DNA from: the human T2T-CHM13v2.0 reference genome, Homo sapiens
Assembly: GCF_009914755.1 (NCBI RefSeq)
Contig: NC_060931.1
Reading direction: 5' to 3' (one strand)
DNA length: 64,000 nt
Shown: in pieces, positions 29,910 to 46,244 of the stretch
Layout: every line of letters starts with the position of its first letter
How positions within the stretch are numbered: position 1 is the stretch's first letter
Program-made: the position numbers and the translations under genes
Notes under the pieces: model-generated
The model's database searches: none
What the model was told of the DNA's origin: nothing
The model's input: only the letters and a program-made list of their open reading frames with translations

Positions 29910-31150
29910 CATGATATTGCATACCTGGAATGAATCCTGCTTGATCACAGTGAACGATCTTTTGAATGTTTTGTTGAATTTGGTTTGCTAGTAATTTGTT
30001 GAGAATTTTTGTACCTATTTTCATTAGGGATATTGGCCTGTAGTTTTCTCTTTTTATATTGTTGTGTTCTTGTCTGGTTTTGGAATCAACATAATGCTGG
30101 CTTCATAAAATGAGTTTGGAACAATTCCCTCCTTTTTAATTTTCCAGAATAATTTGAGGATAATTGTTTTTTTTTTTTCTTTAAATGTTTGTTAGAATTC
30201 AGCAGTGAAGTCACCAAGTCCTGGGCTTTTCTTTGATAGAAGGCTTTATATGATTTATTTAATTTTCTCTCTAGTTACTGGTCTGTTCAATTATTTTATT
30301 TCTTCATAGTTAAGCCTTTAAAGGTCGTTGTATGTATCCAGGAATTAGCCCCTTCTTTTATGACATCAAATTTGTTGGCATATAGTTGTTCCTAAGAGTT
30401 TCTTATGATTCCTTGTATTACTGTGGTATCAGTTGTAATGTTTCCTTTTCCATCGCTGATTTTATTTAAGTCTGTCTCTTTTTTAAGTCTAAAGGTTTGT
30501 TGATTTTGTTTATCTTTTCAAAAAACCAACTCTTCATTTCATTGTTTCGAATTGCATTTTTAGCCTCTGTTTTGCTTATTTCTTCTCCAAGTTTTATTAT
30601 TTCCTTCCTTCCTACCAATTTTGGGTTTAGCTTATTACTGTTTTCCTGGTTCCTTGAGGTACATCATTAAGTTAGTTACTGTAAATCTTTTTTTGACATA
30701 GAAATGTATTGCTGTACACTTTTCTCTTAGGAGTGCTTTTGCTATATTCCATAGGTTTTGATATGATATGTTTCCATTCTTGTTTGTCTCAAGGAATTTA
30801 AAATTTTTCCTTTTAATTTCTTCATTGACCCATTGGTTATTTAGGAGCACATTGTTTAATTTCTATGTATTTGTAAAGTTTCTAAAGTTTTTCTTGTTGA
30901 TTTCTGGTTTTATGCAATTGTAGGCAGAAAAGATATTTGATACAATCCCTGTATCATAAATTTGTTAAGACTAGCTTTGTAGCCTAACATATAATTAATC
31001 CTGGAGAATTCTCCCTGTGCAGTTGAGAAAAATATGTGTACTGCAGCAAGTGAATAAAATGCTCTGTAAATGTCTGTTAGGTCCATTTGGTCTACGATGT
31101 GGTCTCAGTCTGATGTTTCTTTGTTGATTTTCTGTGTGTCCATTGTTGAA
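29910..31150 (-). mobile_element. L1MA-type ORF2 fragment
   Basis: ORFs 29761-30024 and 30635-30850 translate to ORF2-like peptides. Confidence 0.8.
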
Positions 31151-32034
31151 TTTGATATAATTGTTGAAAGTTGAAATTTTTTCCTAAATCCTTTTTTTAT
31201 TATTTTTACACGGTGGAAAATAATCTTCCTCGATACATTTATATTTTCTAATTACAGATTATTGTATTAATTCAAGTAATTTTTCACTTTTGGGTTTTTG
31301 TTTTTTTCTCTTTTCCAAAATTTATCTCATGCTTTGTTTTCTTGTATTAACTCATTGGGCTTTCCAGGTAAATGTTCAATTATCTGACAACACAAAGGTT
31401 GCGTTGAGCAGACTCATATGAATCATAAACCTTACCAGTAGCAAATTTGCCAGTGACTCAAACATGTGTCCGTCAAATACCAGGCAAAAGTGAAACATTC
31501 TTTACTCAGAGAAATTGAGGAGTCAAACACAGCTCCCCAAAGTGCCTTTCTCTTTGAATTAGGAAACGTTTTAGTTTTGGACTAATGAATAAGATTCTTC
31601 CTAAGCAACATGTGCTGCTTAGAAAAAAAGGGAGCCATTTCAGTTAAAGAACATCTCCTCTTTGTACCTCATTAATTCACAGATAAATTGGTTATCTTCC
31701 ATTTTCTAGAGAGTCATGCTTGCCATAAAACCATACATTTCAAGTTTGCTTATAATAAGTAATATAAGCAGAGCAGGTATATTCTTCTGACAATATTTAA
31801 TGCATAAGGTTGCTCTATTCTCATGAGTGAGTACCACCAGTAAGTTTACCATGAGATTTGGTCTTTGGTATGTTTAACAAGATATTTGATTGAAGCCATT
31901 CCTTCTTGCCAGGACTACCAGTTAGGGAGGCAATTGGTTTCAGGGCTGCCGTTAATTCCTTTCTTCTCAAATCATCATCATAATAACAAATATTGCTATC
32001 TAGGTACTGTTCATTTTATAACAAAAATGTTTTA

Positions 32035-32860
<826 letters not shown>

Positions 32861-33764
32861 TCTGAATTAATACTTCATGGTATTAATATACCATTCTTTT
32901 GATATACTGCTATTATCAGATTAAGAATTGATGCATCCATATTTTTAACTGTGATTAGTCTAAAGTTCTGCATTAGTTCTACCCTGGTAAAGTTTAAAAA
33001 TTAAGATTATGCTGACTTTTAAAATTAATTAGAGATATTTCCATCATTTTTCTAAGTGTTCAAATAAACTTAAATTTAATGTTTTAAAATGGATTTTAAA
33101 CATGTTCCAATTTAGACCTGTTCCCATTGGCCCTCATTCAGTTTTGGTCTTTAATTACTTATAAATTTTTTCTATAATTGAGCTATTCAAATTTTACTAA
33201 TTTGAAACTTCATAGAAAATTTTTCATCTTTTCTAGTTTTTTTAGCTATTTTCTATTAAGCCTGTTTAATCATTTTTAAGACTGTAAATGGCATTATTTT
33301 TAAGTTTGTTTTTAATTGCACATTGCAATTAAAATTGCAAGTATATAGAAATAAGGTTGATTTTTATAGTGCTGACCTTATATCCTGAGACTTTATTAAA
33401 CTCATATACTAGTTCTGGGAGACTGTTTCTTTCTGGGAGATTGTTTTCTTTTCTGTAGATTCCATGGGATTTCTACATAGACAATAATGTCATCCATTTC
33501 TTTCTTTCTAATCTGTGTGCCTTTAACTTCTTTTTCTTGTCTTATTGTACTGGTTAGGACTTCTATTAAAATGTTGAGTAGGAGTGGTGATAAAGGACAT
33601 CTTTTCCTTGTTCCTCATCTTTGTTGGCAAATATTACATCTTTCACTATTATGTATATTGTTAGCTGCATGGTTTTTGTGTGTGTATTGGTTCCATTTTC
33701 TTCCTTTCTGTGGCTTATTTGAACATTTTTGAATATCCCATTTGTCCATTCTATTTTAAAATGT

Positions 33765-33960
33765 CTTTCCTTTTCCCTTTCCTTTTCCCTTTCCTTCCCT
33801 TTCTTTCCCTTTTTTTCCTCCCTCCTTCCTTCCCTCCGTCTCTCCCTTCCTTCCTTTCTTTTTTTTCTCTCTTTCTCTCTCTCTCCTTTTCTTTCTTTCC
33901 TTTCTTCCTTCCTTCTCTCTCTCTTTCTCTTTCTCTGTCTCTCTCTCTCTCCTTTCGTTT
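33765..33960. repeat. Polypyrimidine simple repeat (CCTT/CT)n
   Basis: Direct reading; explains the spurious F/S/L- and K/E/R-rich ORFs. Confidence 0.9.
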
Positions 33961-34508
33961 CCAGGCAAAAATTCTCTTAATTTTCTTTCTTTAGAAGTCT
34001 TTACCTTAATTTCTGAAAACTATGTACATCGTGGGATATAGATTATAGATTGGCATTTCTTTCAATATTTTAAAAATGTTATGCTACTTCCTTTTAGTCT
34101 CCATGTTTTTTTAATGAGAAATCTGCTATTTAAATCATTGTTTCCATACAGATAATATATTTTTTACTAGCTATTTGGAACATTTTTTCTTTTTTGTTCA
34201 GTTTTCAACAGGCTGATTATGATGTATCTGGATCTGATTATGATGTATCTGGATATGGTCTACTTTGGATATTTCCTGTTTGGTGTTTGTTGAGCTTTTT
34301 GAATATCTAGTGTTACGTCTTTTTACCATATTTAGGAAGTTTTCAGCTGTTATTTCATCAAATATTTTTTCCATTCTGCATCCTTCTATTCTTCTGTGAC
34401 TCCAATGGCATAAATGTTAGACCTTTGTTAATGTTTCACAGTTAGTTCGTAAGTTTCTGTTCATTTTTATCTAATGTTTATTTTTCCTCTGTGGTTCAGA
34501 TGGGATAA

Positions 34509-34886
34509 TGTATTAGTCCATTCTTGCATTGCTATAAAGAACTACCTGAGGCTGAGTAATTTATAAAGAAAGGAGGTTTAATTGGCTCACAGTTCTGCAG
34601 ACTGCATGGGAAATATGGCTGGAAAGACCTCAGGAAACTTGCAATCATGGGGGAAGGCAAAGGGGAAGTAGGCATGTCCTTCATGTTTGGAGCAGGAGGA
34701 AAAGAGAGTAGCCGGGGTGCTACACACTTTTAAACAACCAGATCTGGTGAGAACTCACTATCATGAGAACAGCAAGGGGTAAATCTGCCCTCATGATCCA
34801 ATCATCTCCCACCAGGCTCCTCCTCCAACCCTGGGGATGACAATTCGAATTGTGATTTGGGTGGGGACACAGATCCAATCATATCA
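34509..34886 (-). mobile_element. MSTA MaLR solo LTR
   Basis: tgtattagtcc...catatca termini; perfect TSD gataa at 34504-34508 and 34887-34891. Confidence 0.9.
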
Positions 34887-34891
34887 GATAA

Positions 34892-35381
<490 letters not shown>

Positions 35382-36162
35382 TAATAGGTGCTTTAAAGTC
35401 TTTGTAGATGTTTTCAACATCTGTGTGATTTTGTTGTTGGAGTCTGTTGGTTGTCTTTTCACCCAATAGCTGAAATTTTCCTAGAGATTTTTGTTTTAGC
35501 AGTCAATAGACATGGTTAGGTTTATACTGCAGGTTCCAACTTACCTATAGTAGGCTGTGGTTCCAATTCCAGTCTAATTTTAAAAGACCTTTGATGTGCT
35601 GATTAAGGTCTGGTGTACACATGCAAAACTTGGTAATAAGTTTATAAATAACTTTGTAGGGTTTCTTTTTTGAGCCCTTCACTCTGTCTGTAATCTCCCT
35701 GGTTCCATTATTTTCTTAGGCCTCTTGTTTTTCATCCTCTGGCTAGAAAAGGCTCCCAAGTAACTAAGGCTTTTATTACCCCCTCTCCATCACCCACTTT
35801 TAAAACTGTGTAGCATTCAGGGCCGAACGAAGAAAATCTTAAGAAAAAAATGGTAAGCTCAATGTATGTCAGGTAGTTATTCAAATGCTCATCTTCTTAC
35901 ATAATGTGTCTGTTAATATTTATTTTTTGGGCACCCTCAAATAGATACTGCATGCATTCTGATATTTTTTATAGTTGCCATCAACGTGAGTGAGAGGGCA
36001 GAGCATGCGTAGGTATCTTATACAGAATAATAAGTCTTGTTCTTTTATTTTTAGCATAATTATTGATATGGATTTGTTTAAATGTACCAAGTGTAGAGAG
36101 ATAAGTGTTGAAGGGATACATTTTCCACCTGGATGTTAGTTATTTGGAATAATTCTCGATTT

Positions 36163-36237
36163 TTGTATTTTATGTTAATACTGTATTAACATAAAATACA
36201 ATTTGTATTTTATGTTATTTTGTATTTTATGTTAATA
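36163..36237. repeat. AT-rich perfect palindrome within a direct-inverted-direct-direct array
   Basis: ttgtattttatgttaatac-t-gtattaacataaaatacaa followed by two more direct copies. Confidence 0.9.
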
Positions 36238-37514
36238 TGTAAATTTTTCATTAGTAGTTAATGTTCACTGATTATAGAAAAAAAATGGAGAATACAGAAG
36301 GGTGTAAGTTTGATAAAAACCAAACCTCCTCTTACTCCAGCTATTCGGTGACAAGTTTGTTTAGTTTTTTTCTTTACCTTTATAATGTGCGTGTGTGTTT
36401 ATAAACAAAATTAAATAGCATTGTGTTTACAGGTTCTTTTCATTTTATAATATAAGCAATTTTTATATAATTGAATTTTAATTCTGTACAATATCCAACT
36501 GTATGAAATTATATTAACTTTAAAATAAACCTACATTTCTCCAGAGTTATATATTCTCCTACAGAGTTATATACCTTCTAGGTCCCAACTCCTCATAGAG
36601 TATTTTTCACATAAAAAAATATGTCTGGTTTTTAAAAACGAATATATATGGATTATAAAAATAATATAATAGATTTACCAAACTGTTTTCTGTTGGGCAC
36701 TAGTACATTACCGTTTACTTTTCTTGGTCACATTGGACTTTACATTAGTCTAAAGCTCTTTAATTTCATGGCTTGCTTTCTCTGTTTTTTTTTTCCAAGT
36801 ATTTAGGAAGCAGTGTGTTAATACCAGGTAGGCGTTTTTCTTTACTAGTTATGATGGTTCTGATAAAAGTAATATTTTTTCTATTTAAAAAATTACCTAT
36901 TTGCCATACCTTAACTTGACTTCTATATAAACACACATGCATGCACACACACACACACATACACACGCACACACACAATTGAAGAAAAAGAATATTGCTT
37001 TAGTAGGACTGAGAGATAGTAAATGCTGAAACTTCTGTGATTCTGTAAAAAAGAAAATTAAACAAGAGAAGAATCTGAGTCAAATATGTTTGTATATGAT
37101 TATAGTTTCTATTAAAGATTTTAATACATTATATTAAAAGTACAAAGGTGCATAGCAAGTGTGGAAATGAACCTAAGTGTGTCCAGGAACATTGTAGCTA
37201 AAAATAATGGAACATCTGTTAATTTCATAAATTCTGTAATAGTAACACTATTTATAACCCATTTTCATAATCACAGTTTTATTTAGTATTTTTAGGAAAG
37301 TTGTTTTAAAGACAATCTGTTATAGTAACACTATAATGTAAAAAGTATCACTGTTATTTATGAAATGATTTAACTATTTGAAATATACTCCTATATTTCA
37401 CTTTGGACCATACATAACTTTTCCCTAAATAACATGTCATAAGTTATTCATTATACTAGACCTTTTTATGAAATTATATATTGATATATATTTTACACAT
37501 ATATATATATATAG

Positions 37515-37812
<298 letters not shown>

Positions 37813-38934
37813 TATTTTTTCTGTTTTTTTTTTTTTTTTTTTTTTTTTTTTTGAGAAAAGCAACCACATTTAACATTTACCAAGGAATATTACTCATCAT
37901 ATTGAAAGAAGTTTTATGTTTTCACAATTTTTATATACAAATATAAAGGCCTTTAAATATAAAATGAATAATATAAAGAAATAAACTATAAAATATACCG
38001 TTGTAAAATAGCTAATGTTTTACACTATTCGAAAAAACTCACACAAAATTACCGAAATATATATTACAATTCAAGAAAATTTGATTTCCTATTCATTTTA
38101 AAGCTGTCCAACAAACCCTGTGGGAGATATTTTAAGTTGTCAATTTCAAGGTAAAAGTTAGAATTTATATTTGATGACTTTTGTCAATTTCTGCTAAGGC
38201 TGTTTCCTTCTTCCTAATGTAAAGTAGCATTTTTACATTTTTATATACCCTCATTCACTTATCACTGACAAGTAGCATTTCTTAAGCTGACAAAGATAAG
38301 CATGAAGCAGATGTCAGGAGATGGAAATGATCACAGTATGGAGCACTTCTTTTGTAAAATATGAGTTAATTCACCAGTCATGAAAGCAAAGGACTGAGAA
38401 ATGCTTTCTTTGTGTGTACTGTTGGCAAGTGTCACGAAAGTTCCGCCGAACAAGATTATTAATTCATGACCTATTTATCTCCCTGCCATAGCACCTTCTT
38501 CAGAAAGGACTACCATTTCTACCAGGCAGAGCTTCCAATTATGCATGAGATATGAAGTAAAGGCCAAACTCCATCAAAAACTTAGAAGCAAATAGTCCCC
38601 TTGACAACCAGATGTCTATCTTTCCAGGTTAAAGCTTTCCAAGTTCTGATGGATGGTTTCTGCAACACTGTGTTTACCTTCAAACTCATGTTGCTTCAAG
38701 GTCTGGTTGGCAACTCATGGAGAAAAATACACTATTCTTGAGAGCAAGCTGTATCTTTTATGAAGTAAAGGTTAAAGGAAAAATTGTATTGGTAATACCC
38801 ACATACCGACAGACGAAATCATTCCAAAGGTCTTGTAGATTTGCTACAAAAAGGAAGTCTGGCTAGAGTACTAGACAGTGCATCTATATACCTTTCTTTT
38901 TTCATTTCCATTTCCCTATCCCTAACAAAACACA

Positions 38935-39100
38935 GCTTAAAATGTGGCCAGTTCAAGTTGAGATGTCTGTAAGTATAAAATTCCCAGCAGATTTCAAAGA
39001 TTCGGTACCAAAAAAGTAAAAATATTCAATAATATTTTTACATTGATCATGCATTGAAATGATAAAAATTGGATACATTGGAGTAAATAAAATATTTCAC
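38935..39100. mobile_element. MER33-type (hAT-Charlie) fragment
   Basis: aaatgtggccagttcaagttgagatg...gatttcaaagatt...ttgaaatgata. Confidence 0.6.
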
Positions 39101-39663
39101 AATGTAAAAAGAGGAAGTCTGGAGAAAGTGTTATATCAGGTGTCTGCTTTTAAATATGTGAGTGTTACATTTAAAAAATCTGTTATGGCTCCTACTAGTC
39201 TATAGGACAAAGTTCAAAACTTTTAACCTTATATTCTTGGGTAAACCAGATAATCAACGCAAGAAACACCAGCACAGTGTCATTCCCCCAAGACTACTTT
39301 TTTGTGCATTGATATGCTACTGCTGGCCTATGTTAGGGATGTTCTAAAAAACCGTTCTGTCAACTTTATTCCTGTGTTGTTGAGGATGTTGTTTATCATA
39401 TTTTTTGAGGTCTTTGGTCTTAATATCAGTTTTGAATTTCCTGAGTATTTGATTTGTTTGTGCCTCATTATCCTTAACTTGTTACTTCTTTTTCTCTTTT
39501 GGTATGAGTTGCCATAAATCTTAAAACTTAATTTTTTCTATCACTTTAAAGAATATATAACAAGTTATAGTATCATTCTTATACATTAACTTCTTTCCTA
39601 GGTACATCTCAGGTATGTTAAATCTTAATTTCTATTTTGAACCATTTTTTTCCTAAAATGTAA

Positions 39664-40075
<412 letters not shown>

Positions 40076-42457
40076 TAAACTGAAATTCAAATCACTTTAC
40101 GATGTAAATCCAATTGACTTTTCAAACCCTAATTTTTAAGAACATCTTTTTATATACCACTAGCTATAATCAGCTTTGTCACCTACATGGTCCCACACAA
40201 CCTAGGTTCTCATTTTCATTTGGCCCATATTGAGAATGCCTTATTTTTTCACCCCTATCCATCTAAATATTAACTATTTTTCAAGATCCATTTCTCGTTC
40301 CACCTCATCCTACCTCTTTTTCTAATGATAAACTTGTGGCATTTATTTACTTAACCATTCATCTGGATCTTGACTTTGTCCAGTCTACCGACAGTTCTCG
40401 CATTGTTTAACATGTCCTGAACCTTCTTAGTATGTTTAGTACCAATATCTTGGATTTCAAATAGACAATGAATTCCTAAAAGGAGTTAGATCTTGTCTAG
40501 AACCCAAATTATCTTGAATTCTGGTGCATTTGTGGAAGGCACAGACATTTATAAAATAATAAATCAATATATAGGATGACATTAAAGTATTAGAATGAGT
40601 GGTCATAGTAGATTTTAACACAGTATTATGAAATCAACTGGAACCTCTAGAGTTATTTACAACTGTTGCAATACCTGAGATGGTACTGAGCACTAACCTG
40701 AGCCTTAAACAGAGTTCCTAGATCTGTTCTGTACATTTTATTATTCTATTCCATCTTTTTGTAAAAATAGGAATGGCTATGTGAACTCTGAGTTTTCCTG
40801 GAATGCAGAAACTTACTCAAGAACAGTATCTAAATTCAGCAGTGACAGTAGAGCTTATACTGAGAATTGGTCAATCTGGTGCTCTTATGACAATTTATGT
40901 TGGTTTGTGGCTTGGTGACATTGAGAAATGAGTCACTGTAATTCTCCTGGATGATGACCAATGGTACAATCACAAGGTTCAGAGTAGGCAACCCAAGTGA
41001 AACAGTTATTTTCTAAACAATGTATTCTGATATCCTATGCAGGAGGAAGAATAAAGCCTAGGGCATATTTGGAATCTCAGAAAGGCAAAAAGACAATTTC
41101 ACTGCCATTCTGAATGACTGCCATCTTGTTGCATGCTGTGATACATTTTCTACTCCAAATGTACAGTTGAATAGGCATTCATCCTACATTCCTTAACGGG
41201 TTTTGTTTTTGAAGATTTACTTCTTTTCTTTTCTTTCTTCTTTTTTAGCATAGATGGTAGCCTGCTGTTGATAAAACACTTGAACTCCTGCTGTTTAAAT
41301 TGCTACATTCTGTTCTGAGGAGTGAAATAATGTTCTGCCATTTGCTCCCAGGTACTGGAACTGCTACTGAAATGTACACATAAGTGCTCTAATGTTGGTA
41401 GAGAATAGCTTTTCGTAGGGCTTAAGGCAGTAGGGAAGGAGCATATCTCACCCCTTTCCTTATGGGAGGCTGAACTGCTTATTTCCCCTGCTGTGACTTC
41501 TATCCCCCAGAAACCCCCTTCTCATGTACTGGCACCTGGATCACTAGAATTCCCCCCGCCCCCCCAAAAAAAACAGCCCAAAGCTTGCATTGTCAATGAG
41601 GTAATTCCCAAAGTTGCTAGATCAGGCTTCCTCACTGAAGAAAGTTCAAAGTGTTTTAATCTGCATTATAATTAACATAGGTATTCTGAATTATTACAGT
41701 GCTCAAAGCCTTTATTTTCACTACAGAGAAGGTTTACTATCCTCTCTTTTGGCTTTCTGATTTTTCACATTTTGAGGGTGAGCTTTTCTCAATACTAAAG
41801 GAAACTTAATGTCATAGGTTTTTATCAATTTTACTTCAATGATTAAATTCTACAACATGATTTATTTTGGATCCAGAAATACTTTGATTAAGCAGACTAT
41901 ACTCATTCACATATTACCTACCAATGGAACAAATGTACAGTTTACAGTCCAATCTTTTAAGATAAGAATTGTTTTGCATCTGGTACATGCTTCCCCACTT
42001 CCAACAACAGATACTATTTTTCTCCAGATTATACTTATCCTCTTGTGGGAAGCATCTTATTTTGTAGATCCAATTGTCCCCCATATCTTTACAATAAAAA
42101 CTTTTCTCATGCAGTCATTGTATATCTAGTAGGCACCTAACAATCCTAAAAACTATGATAAGCTTAAGTATTACAAATTCAAATAAAACAAAATCCTTGA
42201 TAAATGAGCTAAAAAGGGTGTTGTGAAGTCAGGTTTGTCAATAAGCACTATGAGAGTGCTGCAACTGTGATCATGGTATTCCATGTCTTCTGTAAAAGAT
42301 CAATAATTGTGTTTTATCTGCATAGTACATAGTAAGGTTAGGCCCTATAACATTTTATATAATTGGATATATGTTATAGAAAATAGAATGTATAAAATGT
42401 GTATGATACCTGTACAACTATAATGTGTTAGAAATATTACATATAATAAACATTTTG

Positions 42458-42611
42458 GGCTGGGTGCATTGGTTCATGCCTGTAATCCTAGTACTTCGGG
42501 AGGCCAAGGCAGGAGGATTGCTTGAGTCCAGGAGTTGGAGGCTGCAGTGAATATGATTATACCACTGGATTCCAGCCTGGATGACAGAGGGACACTGTCT
42601 CGAAAAAGAAA
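42458..42611 (+). mobile_element. Free Alu monomer (FRAM-type)
   Basis: Single right-arm-like monomer with short A-tail. Confidence 0.75.
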
Positions 42612-44547
42612 GTTTTCTGGTGCTGCATTACTAATCAATCTCTACTACAATTAATTGGATAGAATTGGAATCAAAGTTTCAAGGACCTAAATAAGGGAGT
42701 TACCTTAGTGTGGTTATATAGGTCACAAATGTCTACTGACTCAATAAATAAAAATTCTCACCAGAAATGAATTTGGGGTGTTGGAAAATGTGGCCACTTT
42801 GGATATCTTTGGGGGCCCATGGGGGGTTAAGGGTGAAGACTTGATTCTAAATGTCAATTCAGAAAAGATACGATATTTCATACAATCTAATTGAAGTGCT
42901 TGTGTTGATGGTGCAAATCCCCTTGAAGCTGTTTATTTATAAGTGAGAGAGATCCCATTTGAGCATTTCTTACAATGATGCTTTCTACTTAAGGATTGTC
43001 CTTTTTATCTTTGTTGTGTATGTATATTAAGATCACCCTTCTCTGTAGTTTCTTTCCAAGTGCCATTTTTTCAAAACTCCTAAGAATGAGACTGAATGAG
43101 GAGAATTGAAATGATATTGCAGCTGCAAAGAGGGGCAGGGGGAACCTAGGTTTTATTGTAACTCTAAAGGCACATTTTAAACCCTGCAATATACTTAAGA
43201 ATAAAAATTTTAAACTCACCTGTCATGAAATGTATAGTTAATAATCCCTTATTGTTAATATTTCTTAAATCGTCATTACTTGCTAATGGCTACATGTTGA
43301 TAAAAGATGCCTCTTTTATCTGTTTGTCTCCTTACTGGGTTTTATGACTTCCAAAGATGAGGTCACTGGGGCACCTACTCAGGCAGTGGGAATACCGCAC
43401 CTAGTTAAGGAAATTGACACTTATTTGGATATTAAAAAATCCTCTCTATCCATTTTGACATTTTCTACTTCAAGACACAGACTGGGTCAAACTTAGAGAC
43501 TTGGAGAATAATAATGAGAAAATTTAAGAGGTACTTTAAAACTTCTCTTCTCCAAAATAATACTTATAATACTTTAAAAGAGTTTATTTCCCACTTGTAT
43601 TACAGAAGAATTTTTCTTCTATTGCCCTTTAAATACAGGTTCTTCAGGTCTCAAAACATATTTCAGCACAATTATTTAGATTAATGACTAAGTAGATTGT
43701 GTTTGTAGTAACTGCGCTGTGGGGTTTTAAGAGCTATCAGACAGTTTGACAAAAGCAGTGGTCAGAAGGAATCATAGCAAATTGTGTCCACTGAATCTTC
43801 TGGACTGTACAATTCTCCACAGTTATGCCAGGTCCATTTTCAGAACCAAATTTTCCTCTCTAGGCAAAAAAAGATTTACTTCCAGAAATCTAGCACAGCA
43901 GAGTTCCACTCTGGGGTTTGAAGTTATAGCCCCAGATAGCAATAGCATCAGCTTGCCCACTTTACCTCCTTTTATCCACATGTCTTCTCTTTCAGGGGCC
44001 CCTCAAAGTGAGTGGCTGGGTCTCAGTAAGATGTGAGTATTCCTGGATACCCTGTTGTGTCTTGACCAGACTTCTTAGGATAACAGTGTTCCCTCATTAA
44101 AACCTCAGTGTGTCTCCCTCTGGAAAACTATGTGTAATTATGTTAGATTGATGAGTTATAAATAAAATCACAACAACATGTTTTGTTTGCATTGTATCCT
44201 TTCTTCTACAAATACTGTTTCCATATATTTTAAAACCGATCCTCCCAATCATTTAATTAGGTAAGTAGGGATGTATTATTTATCTCCACTTTCCAGATGA
44301 CACTAAATGTTGTGACAAGTCTGAGGTCATTAAACCACTATGCAGAAGAACCGACACTGGTACCTAGTCATGAGGTTATGTTATGATATAAAACTGAATC
44401 TAATGATATTCCAATAAGAAGTGGCGGGCAGTTCATATCAACTTATTTTTAAATTGATCCTTAAAGCTTCATCAATAGTAATTGAAAATGAATGTGGATG
44501 AAATGAAGAGCATAGAGAGCAGCAGCAATAAGAATCAACTTAATAAC

Positions 44548-44881
44548 TTTTTTTTCTTTTTTTGAGACATGGTCTGGCTCTGTTGTCCAGGCTGGAGTGT
44601 GGTGGCACGATCAGTCATAGCTCATTGCAGCCTCAAACTTCTGGGTTTAAGGGATCCTTTTGCCTCAGCCTCTTGAGTAGCTAGGACCACAGGTGCACAC
44701 CACCTCAAAAGGCTGGCTTGCTTGCTTATTTATTTATTTATTTATTTATATATTTATTTATTTTAGAGATGAGGTCTTGCTATGTTGCCCAGGCTGGTCT
44801 CTAACTCCTGGCCTCAAGCAATCCTCTTGCCTTGGCCTCTCAAAGCTCTGGGATTACAGGTGTGAGCTACCTTGCCCAGCC
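44548..44881 (-). mobile_element. AluJ with a (TTTA)n-expanded middle linker
   Basis: Antisense dimer; linker ~44725-44764 is a microsatellite. Confidence 0.9.
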
Positions 44882-46244
44882 CCCTTGTTTAATAAATTCT
44901 AAAATACTGGAATTGTAGATTCTGAGGTGTAGTACAGACCTTATTGCTAAGAACACCTAGCATTAAAAGTGAAGCAGGATATTTTGAGAAGGCTTTTCTG
45001 GCATGGAAATATAGCAAAGTGAATCACCAAGTAACACAGACAATTAGCTTCTCTGATTAGTATCCCATGAAGCAGGAAAACTTTGGTGCCCAAGAAGCCA
45101 ATGTGAGAAAGACTATGTGGAGAAGAGCAGTTTGAGCAAGATTTCCAGAACTTCTCAAGGCCATTATTTATCTGGGGACAGAGAAAAAGGACAGAAAAGG
45201 AAGAAGATAACTTCCTCTTGTTTCCCTAAGGCTGGGAACAAGCTTCTATTTATTTTGGGATTGCAAAGCATGTAACTTGCGAACAAATACACGAATGTTA
45301 TTGATCTGGAGAAAAAACAAGAAGTGGATTTTGTATAAGTTAAGCAAAAAAGCTGCTTATATAATATTTTGTAAGCAAAGAAAACTTAGAGGAGAAAGAA
45401 AGAAGTAAAGCAATACTAGGTAGATGCGTATTTTATCAGAACTGTAAAGTGATTCATAGATAAAAATGGTCCTGTTTTTAATCACGGCTTATTCCCACTT
45501 GGCTTTGGGGTAATCAAGAAAATTATGGCCAATAGACATTACATTCTACGTGATGGCACTAGTAAGCTTTCTTAAACCTGGTAGTAGGAACTAAGTGAGG
45601 TTCCCTCAACTCTGAGGAAGAAGAGGTGTGAGGAGGGGGGAATAGCAATGGTGCCATAAGTATCACTCTGTAGTCTCAGGAGGAAGCTTTTCTACATAGT
45701 GAGACCAGTGTCCTGAGGAAGGTTTGAACTTCTGCTAATAGTCACATTGCCTCACATCATAATTCTTGCTAGTTTTGTCAGCAATGGATTCTTAGGATAG
45801 AGGAATCCCTAAAGAGTGAGAGTTCTGAAAACAGAAAGGATGCTAATGGATGCTGCTGCTTCTGTTAGTCTGGCTTTAAGGAGAACAAAAAGTAGCATTT
45901 TGGTTTGTTTTTTGTGATTCTCCCCAGAACCGGCAGATTATAAAAATGGATTCGAAAAGTCTCAGCTAAATTTATATGTGAACTGCATAATGGCTGTTAA
46001 GGGAAACTTAGGCATATTTGGAAGTTTTTGAAGCTGACTTAAGAAGAGCTATCATGGCCCCTCCCAAAAAAGCCCCTTGATACCACAGACAGAAATGCTG
46101 AGTTGGGCTGGATAGTACCTTTAATTGCTATAATGCTGTAAGAAGAATAGGTATAAGGTAAACAAGATTCAAAAGAAACAACAAGAAAAAGATGAAAAGG
46201 AAGAAAATAAAATATTTATCGATCATCTAATACATGGTGGGTTC

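Noticed and set aside
33680-33994. F/S/L-rich and K/E/R-rich ORFs
   Set aside because: Translation of a polypyrimidine simple repeat
43214-43222. Consensus minus-strand donor CAG|GTGAGT
   Set aside because: No convincing upstream acceptor or ORF; isolated matches are expected by chance
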